NCBI GenBank assembly: GCA_016839585.1
Contig: JAEOTZ010000026.1
Coordinates: 19,143 to 83,142 of the forward strand
Reading direction: 5' to 3'
Source: Promethearchaeota archaeon
GTDB lineage: Archaea > Asgardarchaeota > Lokiarchaeia > Sigyniarchaeales > SOKP01
DNA length: 64,000 nt
Shown here one piece after another: positions 9,239 through 19,502 of the stretch. The position numbers and the translations under genes are program-made. The first letter of the stretch is position 1. Each line of letters starts with the position of its first letter. Below the pieces are notes generated by a model. The model made no database searches. It saw only the letters and a list, made by a program, of their open reading frames with translations, and was not told the DNA's origin.

Positions 9239-10165
9239 AAAAATTGTTAAGATAATTCCCTCTTTCCAATAGATCTGCTTCTTTTTAGCAATATAATTAA
9301 AATAGATTAATAAAGTAAAGAGAATAAGCCAATTCCAGAAGATGATTAAAGAAAAATTAAAACTTATGATAATAATTCCACTTATCCCAAAAGTTATTGC
9401 TAAATTCCAAAAAACCTTACCAATCATCCCTCCTAGGCCAATTTCTACACTTTTCTTTCGTATTGATTTAAAAACTAGAGTTAATTCCTCTACATTTGTG
9501 ACAAAAGCAATTATTACAAGCCCAAAAAATGCTTCTGGGAGATTAGTAAGTTTTATTATTTGTTCTGCAGAATAAATGAGCAATTCTCCTCCTAGAAATA
9601 TGAAAGCAAACCCAATAATAATTAATATAATTTTTTTTCTTTTCGAATTTTGTAAAATCTCTTGATTAACATCATTTTGAAGCTCTTTTTTGTCTAAACC
9701 AATTTCTACAATTCTATTTTGATTTAATTGTTTTAAATTCAAGTTAAGATAAATAAAATAGATGATTATAACGATAATACCAACCATAATATATCCATAA
9801 TTGACTAAGAATCCAATTGCAATTAAAATCATACAACTATATAATAAAAAGAAATAAAATTGGGGAGCCGATTTAAAATTAATTTTATAGAAAAAAGCGG
9901 GAATAGCAAAACTAATTGTTAAAGCAATTATGGAATTGCCAATAACATTTCCTACTGCTATATAAGGAAGCCCATTTATTGCTGCGATTATCGAAGCTAT
10001 TGATTCCTCAGGGTCAATTCCAAGAACTAATGAACCAATTATAAAAGGAGATAACCCATAAATTAGACAAATTTCCTTTAAGTTGTCTAAAAAGAGATCT
10101 GCAGCAAAAAATATGATCAAATAACCAATAATAAATAAAAAAAGAAATATTAATAGATCCAGCAT
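9191..10165 (-). CDS. Cation:Ca2+ antiporter (CaCA, YrbG-like) with divergent alpha repeats
   Basis: IAVGNVIGNSI and IGLGGMIGK re-entrant segments; two-fold internal repeat; about 10 TM. Overlaps ftr1 convergently by 48 nt. Confidence 0.85.
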   Translation of the reverse strand: MLDLLIFLFLFIIGYLIIFFAADLFLDNLKEICLIYGLSPFIIGSLVLGIDPEESIASIIAAINGLPYIAVGNVIGNSIIALTISFAIPAFFYKINFKSAPQFYFFLLYSCMILIAIGFLVNYGYIMVGIIVIIIYFIYLNLNLKQLNQNRIVEIGLDKKELQNDVNQEILQNSKRKKIILIIIGFAFIFLGGELLIYSAEQIIKLTNLPEAFFGLVIIAFVTNVEELTLVFKSIRKKSVEIGLGGMIGKVFWNLAITFGISGIIIISFNFSLIIFWNWLILFTLLIYFNYIAKKKQIYWKEGIILTIFLLIFLFLNFILGILV

Positions 10166-10222
10166 ATCATTTTTGATTTGTAAGAATTTATTTGAAGAGA
10201 ATATTATCCATATTTTTGGTTA

Positions 10223-11920
10223 TTATTCTTTTTTTAATGCTCTTTCTCTTAACTTTCTGCGAAAAATTTTACCAACAGTAGTACGTGGTAATATATTAAT
10301 GAATTCTATTTGTCGTGGATATTTATAGCCGGCCAATTTTTCCTTTGACCATTCAATAATATCTCGTTCTGTAATTTTATCCTTATATTCTGGTTTGAGT
10401 ACTACATAAGCTTTTATAGTTTCCCCAACATTTGGATCAGGAGCAGATACTACACCTACTTCTAATATTGCTGGATGTTCAATTAATTTTTCTTCAACTT
10501 CACGAGGCATAACTTTATAACCCTTATATTTAATGATATCCTTCGTCCGTCCCTCAATATAGAAATATCCTTGCTCATCCATTCTTGCTAAATCACCTGT
10601 TCTTAACCAGTCACCTTGTACAAATGTTTTTTTAGTATCCTCAGGCCTTTTCCAATATCCCTTCATTACTTGAGGTCCATGAATTAATAATTCTCCTACT
10701 TCTCCTATGGGAAGCTCTTCTAAAGAATCAGGATTTACGATTTTTGTGTCTGTATCAATACAAGGAATTCCAATACTCTCCGTTTTTATTTCAGGCAACC
10801 ACTGTGGTTGGTGATGAGTAACTGGTGATGTCTCAGTTAGTCCATACCCTTGACCTACTTTAAATCCAACAATTTGTTCCCACCTATTATTTATTTCCGG
10901 AGCCAATGCCGCTGAACCCGAAGTTGCTGACTCAAGACTTGAAAGATCCCGCTCTGTGAAGTCAGGGGAATTGACTAACATTTGAAACATTACTGGTACA
11001 CCTATAAACATATCACATTTATAATATTCAATTGCTTCTAAGACTTCAGAAGGATTAAATGATTCAAACATTACTAGCATTGATGCTAAAATTGAAGTCA
11101 TAATTAAGACCTGAAAACCAAAAGAATGACATATAGGGAGAACTGTTAGACTTACTCTTTCTCCATAGACTACATCTGCATCATCTCTCGATTCACGTAA
11201 ATTATACATAGTACAAAGAGCATCAGCTACTAAATTGTTATGAGTTAACATCACTCCTTTAGGTAGACCCGTGGTACCACCTGTATATAGTAAAATTGCA
11301 AGGTCATTAATAGGATCTATGACGATTTCAGGAGGTTTAGGCGTTTTTCCATCAATAAATTCTTCTAAAGTAATTGTATCAGGTTTTGCTTCTTCAGCTC
11401 GAAGTAAAATCACATTTTCTAATTCAACTACTTTACTAACCTTCTTAATTGTTCTAAAATTGTTTTTATGTACAAAAATAGTATTTATATTTCCCGCATC
11501 TCTAATGATGTGTGCCACATCTGCCTCTTTAAGAAGAGGATTTATTGGAACCACTGCTGCCCCAGTTTCCATAATCCCTAAACAACAAAATAAAAATTCA
11601 GGACAATTACTTGTCATAATCCCTACTCCATCTCCTTTCTTGACACCCAACTCAAATAATGCATTTGCGATCTTGTCTGAAGTGTAGATTGCCTCACGGT
11701 AAGTATACTTTTTATCAGTGGGTTTGTAATGTACACAAACATTATTAAGATAATTCGAAATTCTTAGTTTAATGAGCTCATGCACAGGTATAGGTTCAAA
11801 TTTTAGTGATTTTGCTATATAATCTGGCCTTAATTTTAACCATGGACGATTGGGATTTTCTATATAAGGTGATTCATTCTCATAATCTGGTATCGGTTCC
11901 CAATCTGAATAATCTTTCAT
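10223..11920 (-). CDS. fadD: Long-chain fatty-acid--CoA ligase
   Basis: YTGGTTGLPKG AMP-binding loop, QGYGLTE, RTGD, LPRTTVGK. Confidence 0.9.
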   Translation of the reverse strand: MKDYSDWEPIPDYENESPYIENPNRPWLKLRPDYIAKSLKFEPIPVHELIKLRISNYLNNVCVHYKPTDKKYTYREAIYTSDKIANALFELGVKKGDGVGIMTSNCPEFLFCCLGIMETGAAVVPINPLLKEADVAHIIRDAGNINTIFVHKNNFRTIKKVSKVVELENVILLRAEEAKPDTITLEEFIDGKTPKPPEIVIDPINDLAILLYTGGTTGLPKGVMLTHNNLVADALCTMYNLRESRDDADVVYGERVSLTVLPICHSFGFQVLIMTSILASMLVMFESFNPSEVLEAIEYYKCDMFIGVPVMFQMLVNSPDFTERDLSSLESATSGSAALAPEINNRWEQIVGFKVGQGYGLTETSPVTHHQPQWLPEIKTESIGIPCIDTDTKIVNPDSLEELPIGEVGELLIHGPQVMKGYWKRPEDTKKTFVQGDWLRTGDLARMDEQGYFYIEGRTKDIIKYKGYKVMPREVEEKLIEHPAILEVGVVSAPDPNVGETIKAYVVLKPEYKDKITERDIIEWSKEKLAGYKYPRQIEFINILPRTTVGKIFRRKLRERALKKE

Positions 11921-12129
11921 CTAAATTTCCTCTGATATTTTTTAATAATAATTTAACTATTTTTAGAATTTTTATGAGTTGCAAATAAACTCAGTAATAG
12001 ATAAATTGATTTCAGATATATAAAAGTCTTTTCTTATAAAATAATTAGACCTGATCATTCTATATTTAAACAATGTTAAATATTAATCATATTAAATAAC
12101 GTAAAATCCAATAAATTTTACACATAAAA

Positions 12130-13035
12130 GTGAAAAATTTGAAAGATTTGGAAGAAAAGAATTGTTTTATTACTGGAGCTGCTAGTGGAATAGGGCGATC
12201 GTTTGCTATAGCTTTAGCAAATGAAGGAATGAACCTATTTATTTCTGATATTAATATGGAGGATTTAGAAAGAGTAAAAGAGGAGATCGATAAAATTGGA
12301 GTAAAAGTATATACTGGCAAGTGTGATGTTGCTAAATTTAGTGATTGGGAAAAAATTTCTAAAGATTTTTTCTCAGAGTTAAAAGAACTTGACTTATTAA
12401 TCAATAATGCAGGAACTGCAATCGGAGGAGATATATTAGAACTTGAATTAGAAGATTGGAAAAGAGTACTTGATATAAATTTGTGGAGTATTATTCATTC
12501 TCTTAAAGTATTTTTACCCCACATGTATAATAAGCACTCGGGACATATTGTGAATGTTGCTTCTGGAGCGGGTGTTTTTGGGTCAGCAGAACCTGCCTCC
12601 TATATTACTTCGAAATTTGCAGTTGTAGGACTCTCAGAAGCACTTTTTGGTCAATTATATAGTCAAAATATAAAAGTTTCAGTAGTAATTCCTTCATACG
12701 TAAAAACAAATATTTTTTCTAATGCTAAAATAAAATACTCTAAAAATTTAATAGATGCTTATGGTGAAGATAAGATAGAGAAGATTTATCACTCATTATT
12801 AGATGAACTTATTAGAAATGCAATGTCGCCAGATAAAGCTGTAAAGAGATATATAAGGGGGATAAAAAAGGATCAATTATATGTATACGATGTGAGAAGT
12901 GTATTAGGACCTTTATCTTTAAAAGCAAATCCTCAATTATTTGAAAAATTCTTAATAAACTATCATGAGAATGCTATAAAGACAACAAAAGAACATTTTT
13001 TGAAATTTGGGATAAATATTGATGATTTTAAATAA
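12130..13035 (+). CDS. Short-chain dehydrogenase/reductase
   Basis: TGAASGIG, NNAG, YITSK. Confidence 0.95.
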   Translation: MKNLKDLEEKNCFITGAASGIGRSFAIALANEGMNLFISDINMEDLERVKEEIDKIGVKVYTGKCDVAKFSDWEKISKDFFSELKELDLLINNAGTAIGGDILELELEDWKRVLDINLWSIIHSLKVFLPHMYNKHSGHIVNVASGAGVFGSAEPASYITSKFAVVGLSEALFGQLYSQNIKVSVVIPSYVKTNIFSNAKIKYSKNLIDAYGEDKIEKIYHSLLDELIRNAMSPDKAVKRYIRGIKKDQLYVYDVRSVLGPLSLKANPQLFEKFLINYHENAIKTTKEHFLKFGINIDDFK

Positions 13036-13077
13036 TATTTCAAAAATATTAAATCATAAAAATTATGGTAAACCATT

Positions 13078-13926
13078 ATGAAAGATTTTAAAAGTAAAGT
13101 GGCAGTAATTACTGGAGCTGGTAGTGGAATAGGGCTTGCATTAGTAAATAAATGTATTGATGAAGGGATGAAGGTAGTTCTTGCCGATATCGATGAAAGA
13201 GCTTTAAAAAGAGCCGAAAGAAAGTTAAATAAAGCAGAAGCAGAAGTATTAACAGTTGTAACAGATGTATCTAAACCTAAAGATGTTGAAATGTTGGCTA
13301 ATAAAACAATTGCTATCTTTGGAGAAATTCATTTGTTATTCAATAATGCTGGTGTTGGTAATACCAAATATACATGGAATTATACATTGAAGGATTGGGA
13401 ATGGCAACTTGGAGTAAATCTTTTTGGTGTAATTTATGGAATACGAACATTTGTTCCCATAATGTTAAATCAAAATAAAGAATGCTTGATAGTAAATATA
13501 GCATCTATAGAAGGGTTATTATCCGGTTCAGGTCCCGGTGGTGCAATTTATGGAGTATCTAAACATGGTATTATTTCTTTAAGCGAAACATTAAGAACTG
13601 AATTAAACCAAATAAATGCTAAAGTTAAAGTTGCTGTAGTGTGTCCTGGTTGGGTTCACACAAGAATTTTCAGAATAAATAGAAATCGTCCAACAGAGCT
13701 TAAAAATGAACCAAATGAAGAAATTGAGGATTCTAAACTAGAATATTCAGCAGGATTATTTCAAGAACTCTTTGATAAATCTCCACCTATACTGCCTGAA
13801 ACTGCAGCAGATAAGATTTTTCAAGGTATAAAAGAAGATAAATTCTATATTCTGACTCATAAAGATGATGTTTTAAAGGAAAGAGTAAAAGAGCGTTTTG
13901 ATGAGATATTAAAAGCATTCGATTAA
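13078..13926 (+). CDS. Short-chain dehydrogenase/reductase
   Basis: TGAGSGIG, NNAG, YGVSK, CPGWVHT. Confidence 0.95.
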   Translation: MKDFKSKVAVITGAGSGIGLALVNKCIDEGMKVVLADIDERALKRAERKLNKAEAEVLTVVTDVSKPKDVEMLANKTIAIFGEIHLLFNNAGVGNTKYTWNYTLKDWEWQLGVNLFGVIYGIRTFVPIMLNQNKECLIVNIASIEGLLSGSGPGGAIYGVSKHGIISLSETLRTELNQINAKVKVAVVCPGWVHTRIFRINRNRPTELKNEPNEEIEDSKLEYSAGLFQELFDKSPPILPETAADKIFQGIKEDKFYILTHKDDVLKERVKERFDEILKAFD

Positions 13927-13962
13927 TTACAAGCTCATTTTAAAAAAAAATGTGAGATATTT

Positions 13963-14760
13963 TTATATCTCAATATCCCATTTTAAAAATGAATAGGGTT
14001 CAAATTTCTTTGGTTCCATCTCAGCTACAACAGAACCTCTTAGCATGGAATTATTACCCTTCAGATAAACTGCAGCTAAGGTTTTTACGATTTCAACCTC
14101 GCCCCAAGGATCACTATTAGAAGATCGCAAAGTTATTTCAGCACTTCCTAACTTTATTTCACTAGGGCTTAATACTGTTTCTTGTTTAACAAGACGTGGA
14201 TTATAATCATAATACTGACCATCGGGTGAGGGAAAATGTTTGTAATTATAAGATATAAAAGGCATCTCAGGATCAGTACTACCACCAGTTCGTTCTAAAT
14301 ATAACTGAATAAACTCAGAAGAATTAGGTCTCCCATTTAATTTTGCTTTAAATTCAAAGAAACGTGTTCCGAGACGCTCTACCCAACCTTCAGCGTCTCT
14401 TTTTTCACGTTTAAAATAAATATTAGCAATTTTTTTCGGGAAACCAAATACTTCTCGACCACCAGCCATTGCTATATCATTAGTAACTGGCATTGCTAAG
14501 CAATAACCTCCTTCTACACCTTCAAATTCACAAGTTAGAAATAGTGCACCTTCATTATAAGTAACACCAAAATTTGTTTTTGGATAATGTGCAACAAATG
14601 CATAAGCAATTGGGGTATCGAGTGGTTTTAGAGGGGGTGGAAGTAATTTTTTAATAATTTCTGGTTTCGTTTCCCACCATACAGTTAACATCTCAGCATC
14701 ATAGAAATCAGCACTTTCTCTGCTACTCATAAAACCTCCTGAATCTCTTAAAAAACTCAT
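13963..14760 (-). CDS. Acetoacetate decarboxylase-family protein
   Basis: LLPPPL, YNEGAL and GREVFGFPKK (Schiff-base Lys) motifs. Confidence 0.9.
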   Translation of the reverse strand: MSFLRDSGGFMSSRESADFYDAEMLTVWWETKPEIIKKLLPPPLKPLDTPIAYAFVAHYPKTNFGVTYNEGALFLTCEFEGVEGGYCLAMPVTNDIAMAGGREVFGFPKKIANIYFKREKRDAEGWVERLGTRFFEFKAKLNGRPNSSEFIQLYLERTGGSTDPEMPFISYNYKHFPSPDGQYYDYNPRLVKQETVLSPSEIKLGSAEITLRSSNSDPWGEVEIVKTLAAVYLKGNNSMLRGSVVAEMEPKKFEPYSFLKWDIEI

Positions 14761-14836
14761 AAATTTTCATCTCGGAATAATTTTTTATTAAATTAATAAT
14801 ATTAGAACATTTCATAATAAAAAAATATCTATATAT

Positions 14837-16063
14837 TTATGATAATGCTTGATTTAATAACTCCATTAAATCAATCATTTTAATATCAGAATTTAGCTCT
14901 TTAATTGCATCATATAAATTTCTATAACAAAAAGGGCAAATACTTACAAGATACTGTGCCACTGTGTCTTCAGCTTCTTTCACTCTAGATTTAGCAATTT
15001 CTAATGCAAGCTCGGGGAAACCCTTTTTAACTCCTCCCCCGGCACCGCAGCATTTGGTATTTTCTTTGATCGTTTTCATTTCGACTAAATTTACAATTTT
15101 CCTTAGAATTTCTCTCGGTTCTTCGTAAAGAGGATTAATATTTTCCTTAACTCCTGCATTTCTTCCTGTATGGCAAGGATCATGGTAAGTTGCTGTTATA
15201 CCTAAATGTTTTAACTTAATATCTTGTTTATTTATAATGTTATATATGAACTCAATAGTATGAAGTATTTCGAGACCTAAATCTTCCATGTAATCTGAGT
15301 AATCAGTTTTTAAAGTTCGATAACACCCCGCACAACTAGTTATTATTGTTTTTACACCACTTTTTTTAAATAATTCATAGTTTTTTGTAGCAACAGAATT
15401 AAAAGCATTAAGATCCCCTGTTCTTTTTGCTACACTTCCACAACAAACTTCAAATTCTCCATACACAGAGAAATCGATGCCTAATTTTTTGAGAACTTTT
15501 GCTGTATTTATTGCTACAGTTTGAATTTCTGGAGTTAAAGCAGCAGTACAACCAACAAAATAAAGGACATCTGCTTTTTCTTTAGTGGCATCCTTAATTT
15601 TAAAATCTAACTTTCCCAACCAATCCTTCTTTTGCTTATTATCCCTTTCATATGGATTTAAAAGCTCAACCATTGCTTTATTCATTGGTACATGTGCTTC
15701 TAAACCACATCCGGCATCTATTAATTCAGCTCTTAAAGTTTCATAAATCGCGGCATTATCCATATCATAAGCACAAGTTTCAGCACAAGCATTACATGTT
15801 GGACATTGGTATATTACTTCACCTAAATCTTTACTTAATTGTAGCTTTCCTTGCCATAGTGATCGAATGATTTGCATTTTTCCTCTTCCAAAAAAAGCTT
15901 CAAAGCCAGAAGTATGATCTCTTGCAACACAAACACCCCACTTTTGTGGTTCTGATGTATAGTCAGTTGCTTCTCTACAATCTCCACAGCTAATACATTG
16001 TAATATTATATCTCCTAATTTGTTTAAATGCTGGTATTTTTCTTTCGGTTTGAATTCAGTCAT
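14837..16063 (-). CDS. Fe-S/CCG-domain oxidoreductase subunit (HdrD/GlcF-like)
   Basis: CISCGDC, CPTCNACAETC, two CCG domains (CCGS, YHDPCH, CCGAGGG, CPFC). Confidence 0.9.
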   Translation of the reverse strand: MTEFKPKEKYQHLNKLGDIILQCISCGDCREATDYTSEPQKWGVCVARDHTSGFEAFFGRGKMQIIRSLWQGKLQLSKDLGEVIYQCPTCNACAETCAYDMDNAAIYETLRAELIDAGCGLEAHVPMNKAMVELLNPYERDNKQKKDWLGKLDFKIKDATKEKADVLYFVGCTAALTPEIQTVAINTAKVLKKLGIDFSVYGEFEVCCGSVAKRTGDLNAFNSVATKNYELFKKSGVKTIITSCAGCYRTLKTDYSDYMEDLGLEILHTIEFIYNIINKQDIKLKHLGITATYHDPCHTGRNAGVKENINPLYEEPREILRKIVNLVEMKTIKENTKCCGAGGGVKKGFPELALEIAKSRVKEAEDTVAQYLVSICPFCYRNLYDAIKELNSDIKMIDLMELLNQALS

Positions 16064-16072
16064 TTTTTACAA

Positions 16073-17602
16073 CTACTCTTTTTCTTTTACTATATGTGTT
16101 GAGATATCATGATCATAACTATACATGTGAAATTTCTTAGGGCTTAATAGAAAATTTGGATCTACAGTTTTTTTCATATCCTTAAAGAATTTTAAAAATT
16201 CTGGTGTATAAGCATCTGCTTCCACAATTGATTGCGAAATTGCTTCTCCTAACCAATAATGAACTCCACCATATTTAACTTGATGTCGTAATTTTTTGTG
16301 CCATAGTTCCATAGATTTTTCACGTTGTTCATCAACATTATCAGCATTAAAGCCCCCTACAATAACACAATTTCCATTAGGTAATAGGAAAATAACTGTA
16401 GCAAATAATGATATACTTCCCAGAGGAAGTTCATTTCTATGTTTATTTTCAAATTCAGCACTCTGTTGAGCTATTTTAGACAGATCTGAAATGGGTATTT
16501 TATGACATGTAGTACATGAAATTTTCGGTGGAGCAATTGAGATATATTTATTGAAGTAGTTATAAGCATATTTCAATTCAAACTTCCAATCCTTTGAAAG
16601 CCTTGCTTCAGTATCTACTTCTTGCCATTCAAATGGTCGAGCGTCCTCCTTCATGATCTCGTGTACTTTTTCAAGATATATATCGAGAATTCGCTCATCC
16701 ATAGCTTCAACCATGATTGAAAATACAGGACCTTTCAATCTCGGTCTTTTAGTAGGTTTGCTTTCAATCATACCTGCCAATAGTTGGACAACAATGAGAG
16801 GGACGACAAGTACATCATGCAATCCATCCCTTATTTCTTTCCGTAATTTATTCATAAGTTCATAGACTTTATTATAATCATTTTTATGGAGCATATAATA
16901 TCGTTGAGCTTTAAATGGAGTTTCTGGATATAACTTTAAGAAAGCTTTAGTTTTAATACCCATACTTCCAACATCTCCCATAAATAGTCCCGTAAAGTCT
17001 GGTGCAACTCCATATCTGCAAAATGGTTTAGCATATTTATTTGCAGCAGCTCCAGTTCTTATTATTGTTCCCTGTGGATTTGGTAATACAACCTCAACAC
17101 CTAAACAGATATCTGGGACTAGTCCATATTTAGTAGAACCAAAACCAGCTGTACTATTCGAAAGTCCTCCACCTATAGTAGCTGAGAATCCACTTCCAGG
17201 ACCTAATACCCCCGTTGTTAATCCTTTTGAATGCAATTGAGAAATTAAATTTCCCCATGTAATTCCTGTTTCTACTACACAGTAAAAATCTGTTTCATTG
17301 ATTTCTATTATTTTATTCATTCTTGTTAAATCTACAAGAATACCCCCTTCTGTAACAGAACCTCCTACTAAATCTGCACCTCCACCCCTCGGAACCATAT
17401 GAATTTTGTACTTATTAGCTATTTTAACAATTTCAGAAACTTCTTCAGTGCTTTCTGGTCTTACTATCATATCTGCCCATCGATCTGGGAAGGCAGGATC
17501 AACATTTCGAGAATATGCGGCCTTCATGAAATCTTTATCTGTAATATAATCTGAACCTACTACCCCCTCGATTTCTTTGTAAGCATTTTTTACTTTCGAC
17601 AT
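16073..17602 (-). CDS. FAD-binding oxidoreductase (VAO/GlcD superfamily)
   Basis: VRPESTEEVS, PRGGGADLVGG, ATIGG, GSMGI, KKTVDPNFLLSPKK; 9 nt upstream of the CCG gene. Confidence 0.9.
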   Translation of the reverse strand: MSKVKNAYKEIEGVVGSDYITDKDFMKAAYSRNVDPAFPDRWADMIVRPESTEEVSEIVKIANKYKIHMVPRGGGADLVGGSVTEGGILVDLTRMNKIIEINETDFYCVVETGITWGNLISQLHSKGLTTGVLGPGSGFSATIGGGLSNSTAGFGSTKYGLVPDICLGVEVVLPNPQGTIIRTGAAANKYAKPFCRYGVAPDFTGLFMGDVGSMGIKTKAFLKLYPETPFKAQRYYMLHKNDYNKVYELMNKLRKEIRDGLHDVLVVPLIVVQLLAGMIESKPTKRPRLKGPVFSIMVEAMDERILDIYLEKVHEIMKEDARPFEWQEVDTEARLSKDWKFELKYAYNYFNKYISIAPPKISCTTCHKIPISDLSKIAQQSAEFENKHRNELPLGSISLFATVIFLLPNGNCVIVGGFNADNVDEQREKSMELWHKKLRHQVKYGGVHYWLGEAISQSIVEADAYTPEFLKFFKDMKKTVDPNFLLSPKKFHMYSYDHDISTHIVKEKE

Positions 17603-17711
17603 TTCTCTTTACTTTTTTCAAATGTAATAATTATAGAATTGATTTTGTGAATTAATAAAATTTTTCTTAATGTTTTTATTTTTTAAATTAATAAGATGGA
17701 GGAATTTCAAA

Positions 17712-18158
17712 ATGAAAACCTTAAAAGATTCAATAGAGATAAATACTAAACCAGAGAAAATATATCAATGGTTAAAAAATTTGGATAAGAATTACAAAAA
17801 ATGGCATAAGGATCATGTTAATTCTATTAAATTAACTAACACAAGGGAATTAGAAATAGCAGATGTTTTTTGTTATGAAGAATATCTGCATGGGGAATTG
17901 CATAAGCTAACGTTTAAGCTCACTACTGTTGAAGAAAATAGAGTTATTGAATTTAAAACTTTATTTCCTGCCTCTTTGATTTGTCCAAAGGGATCATTCT
18001 TAATAGAGCCTAAAAATGATGGTTCCATTTTTACAGCAACTTTATCCTTTAGAATGGGTAATATGTTCTCAAAATTGGCTAAATCTCGTGTAGAAGCTAT
18101 TCAAAAACATATGAAAGAAGAAGGAGAAAATTTGAAAAGATTATTAGAAACTGAATAA
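17712..18158 (+). CDS. SRPBCC (polyketide cyclase/START-like) family protein
   Basis: DSIEINTKPEKIYQWL...YKKWH and HMKEEGENLKRLLE; ATG at 17712 follows GGAGG. Confidence 0.8.
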   Translation: MKTLKDSIEINTKPEKIYQWLKNLDKNYKKWHKDHVNSIKLTNTRELEIADVFCYEEYLHGELHKLTFKLTTVEENRVIEFKTLFPASLICPKGSFLIEPKNDGSIFTATLSFRMGNMFSKLAKSRVEAIQKHMKEEGENLKRLLETE

Positions 18159-18207
18159 TAATTTTTTATTCATATGAATTCAATTATATTTTTATTTAAA
18201 AAGAAAA

Positions 18208-19425
18208 TTATGGAAAATAAGTTGTAGGTTTCTTTTCTTCTGGAAACTTATTTACATAACATCGAAGGGGAAAATTGTTTGGTATAGCAGCAAGACATCG
18301 ATTACAAGAAATACATGCTACCTTATCTTGCTTCTCTTCCTTAAAATTTTTTACAAGTAAAGGTTCCCTGATAAAGGGACGTGCCATGGATATTAAATCA
18401 ACATACTTTTTTTCTATTATCTCTTCCATAAAGGCTTTATGTCTTAGACCTCCCACCAGGATTAGGGGGATATTTCCGATAATAGGTTTAATCATCTTTG
18501 CTGCTTCAAGATTATATCCTTCATCAAAATTATATTTTCCGACCATATCTTGATATATCCCCTCTACCATTGCTTTCATATAATCTGGAACAGCTTGTGC
18601 AATTTCTTGTACTGGAACGTCTCCCCTGCACATGTTAAATATAGCGTAAACTGTTGAACCACAGCTTATTTCAATAGCATCAATTCCTAGTTTTACTAAC
18701 CATTCAGAATATTTTGCTGCTAATGGTGGTGTTATACCTTCGGTTGGAGTATAATCATTGGTATTTAATTTTATTAAAAGAGGTATATTTGCCGGTAATA
18801 CTTTTTTGGTTTTAGTTATAATCTCTTTCAAGTATCGAAATTGTTTTTCATCAGAACCACCCCAATCATCTTGCCTGCGATTATAAAAAGGAGATAGAAA
18901 TTGATTGATTAAATAACCATGGGCGGCATGGATTTGGATTGCATCTGCACCAGTTTCAACTACGCGTCTGGAAGCTTCGACAAAAGCTTCTATAGATTCT
19001 TGAATATCTTCTTCAGTCATTTCTCTTGAATAATCCATTGAAACAGGATTTATAATATCTCCAGAGGGTCCCATAGGAGTTGCTCCTATTAATCTACTAA
19101 ATGTTTGCAAACCAGCGTGTACAATCTGAAATGCAACCTTCCCTTCTTCTTTATGTATTGCATCAACAATCTTTTTTAGGCCAGGAATCAAATCATTCTT
19201 ATATATTCCTGTTTGATATTTAAATGCTTGACCTAAAGGGTGAACATACATGTATCCTGGAATGATTAATCCGATTTCTCCCTTTGCTAGTGTACTATGA
19301 AGTTTTATGAGTTTTTCAGTTACCTCGCCATCTTCTTTTGCTAGATTTTCTATTGTGGCTGACCGCACAAATCTATTATTAACTTCCATTTGTCCAATTT
19401 TCGTTGGTTTAAATAAAATAGATAT
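18208..19425 (-). CDS. NADH:flavin oxidoreductase (old yellow enzyme family)
   Basis: NRFVRSAT, QIVHAG, IHAAHGYLINQFLSP, NRRQDDWGGS, CISCNRC. The conserved N-terminus ILFKPTKIG lies upstream of the ATG at 19389 and begins at ATA 19425. Confidence 0.92.
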   Translation of the reverse strand: MSILFKPTKIGQMEVNNRFVRSATIENLAKEDGEVTEKLIKLHSTLAKGEIGLIIPGYMYVHPLGQAFKYQTGIYKNDLIPGLKKIVDAIHKEEGKVAFQIVHAGLQTFSRLIGATPMGPSGDIINPVSMDYSREMTEEDIQESIEAFVEASRRVVETGADAIQIHAAHGYLINQFLSPFYNRRQDDWGGSDEKQFRYLKEIITKTKKVLPANIPLLIKLNTNDYTPTEGITPPLAAKYSEWLVKLGIDAIEISCGSTVYAIFNMCRGDVPVQEIAQAVPDYMKAMVEGIYQDMVGKYNFDEGYNLEAAKMIKPIIGNIPLILVGGLRHKAFMEEIIEKKYVDLISMARPFIREPLLVKNFKEEKQDKVACISCNRCLAAIPNNFPLRCYVNKFPEEKKPTTYFP

Positions 19426-19502
19426 AATAAATCTCCACTTTTAGTTATTTTCTAATTAATTTATCATAAATATTCTTAAATTTTAAATGATTTTGATTTA
19501 AC

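Noticed and set aside
11271-11687. Long antisense ORFs (also 9342..9575, 20051..20458, 21115..21444, 62774..63229 and other short ones)
   Set aside because: They are shadows of well-supported genes on the opposite strand and have no recognisable motifs.
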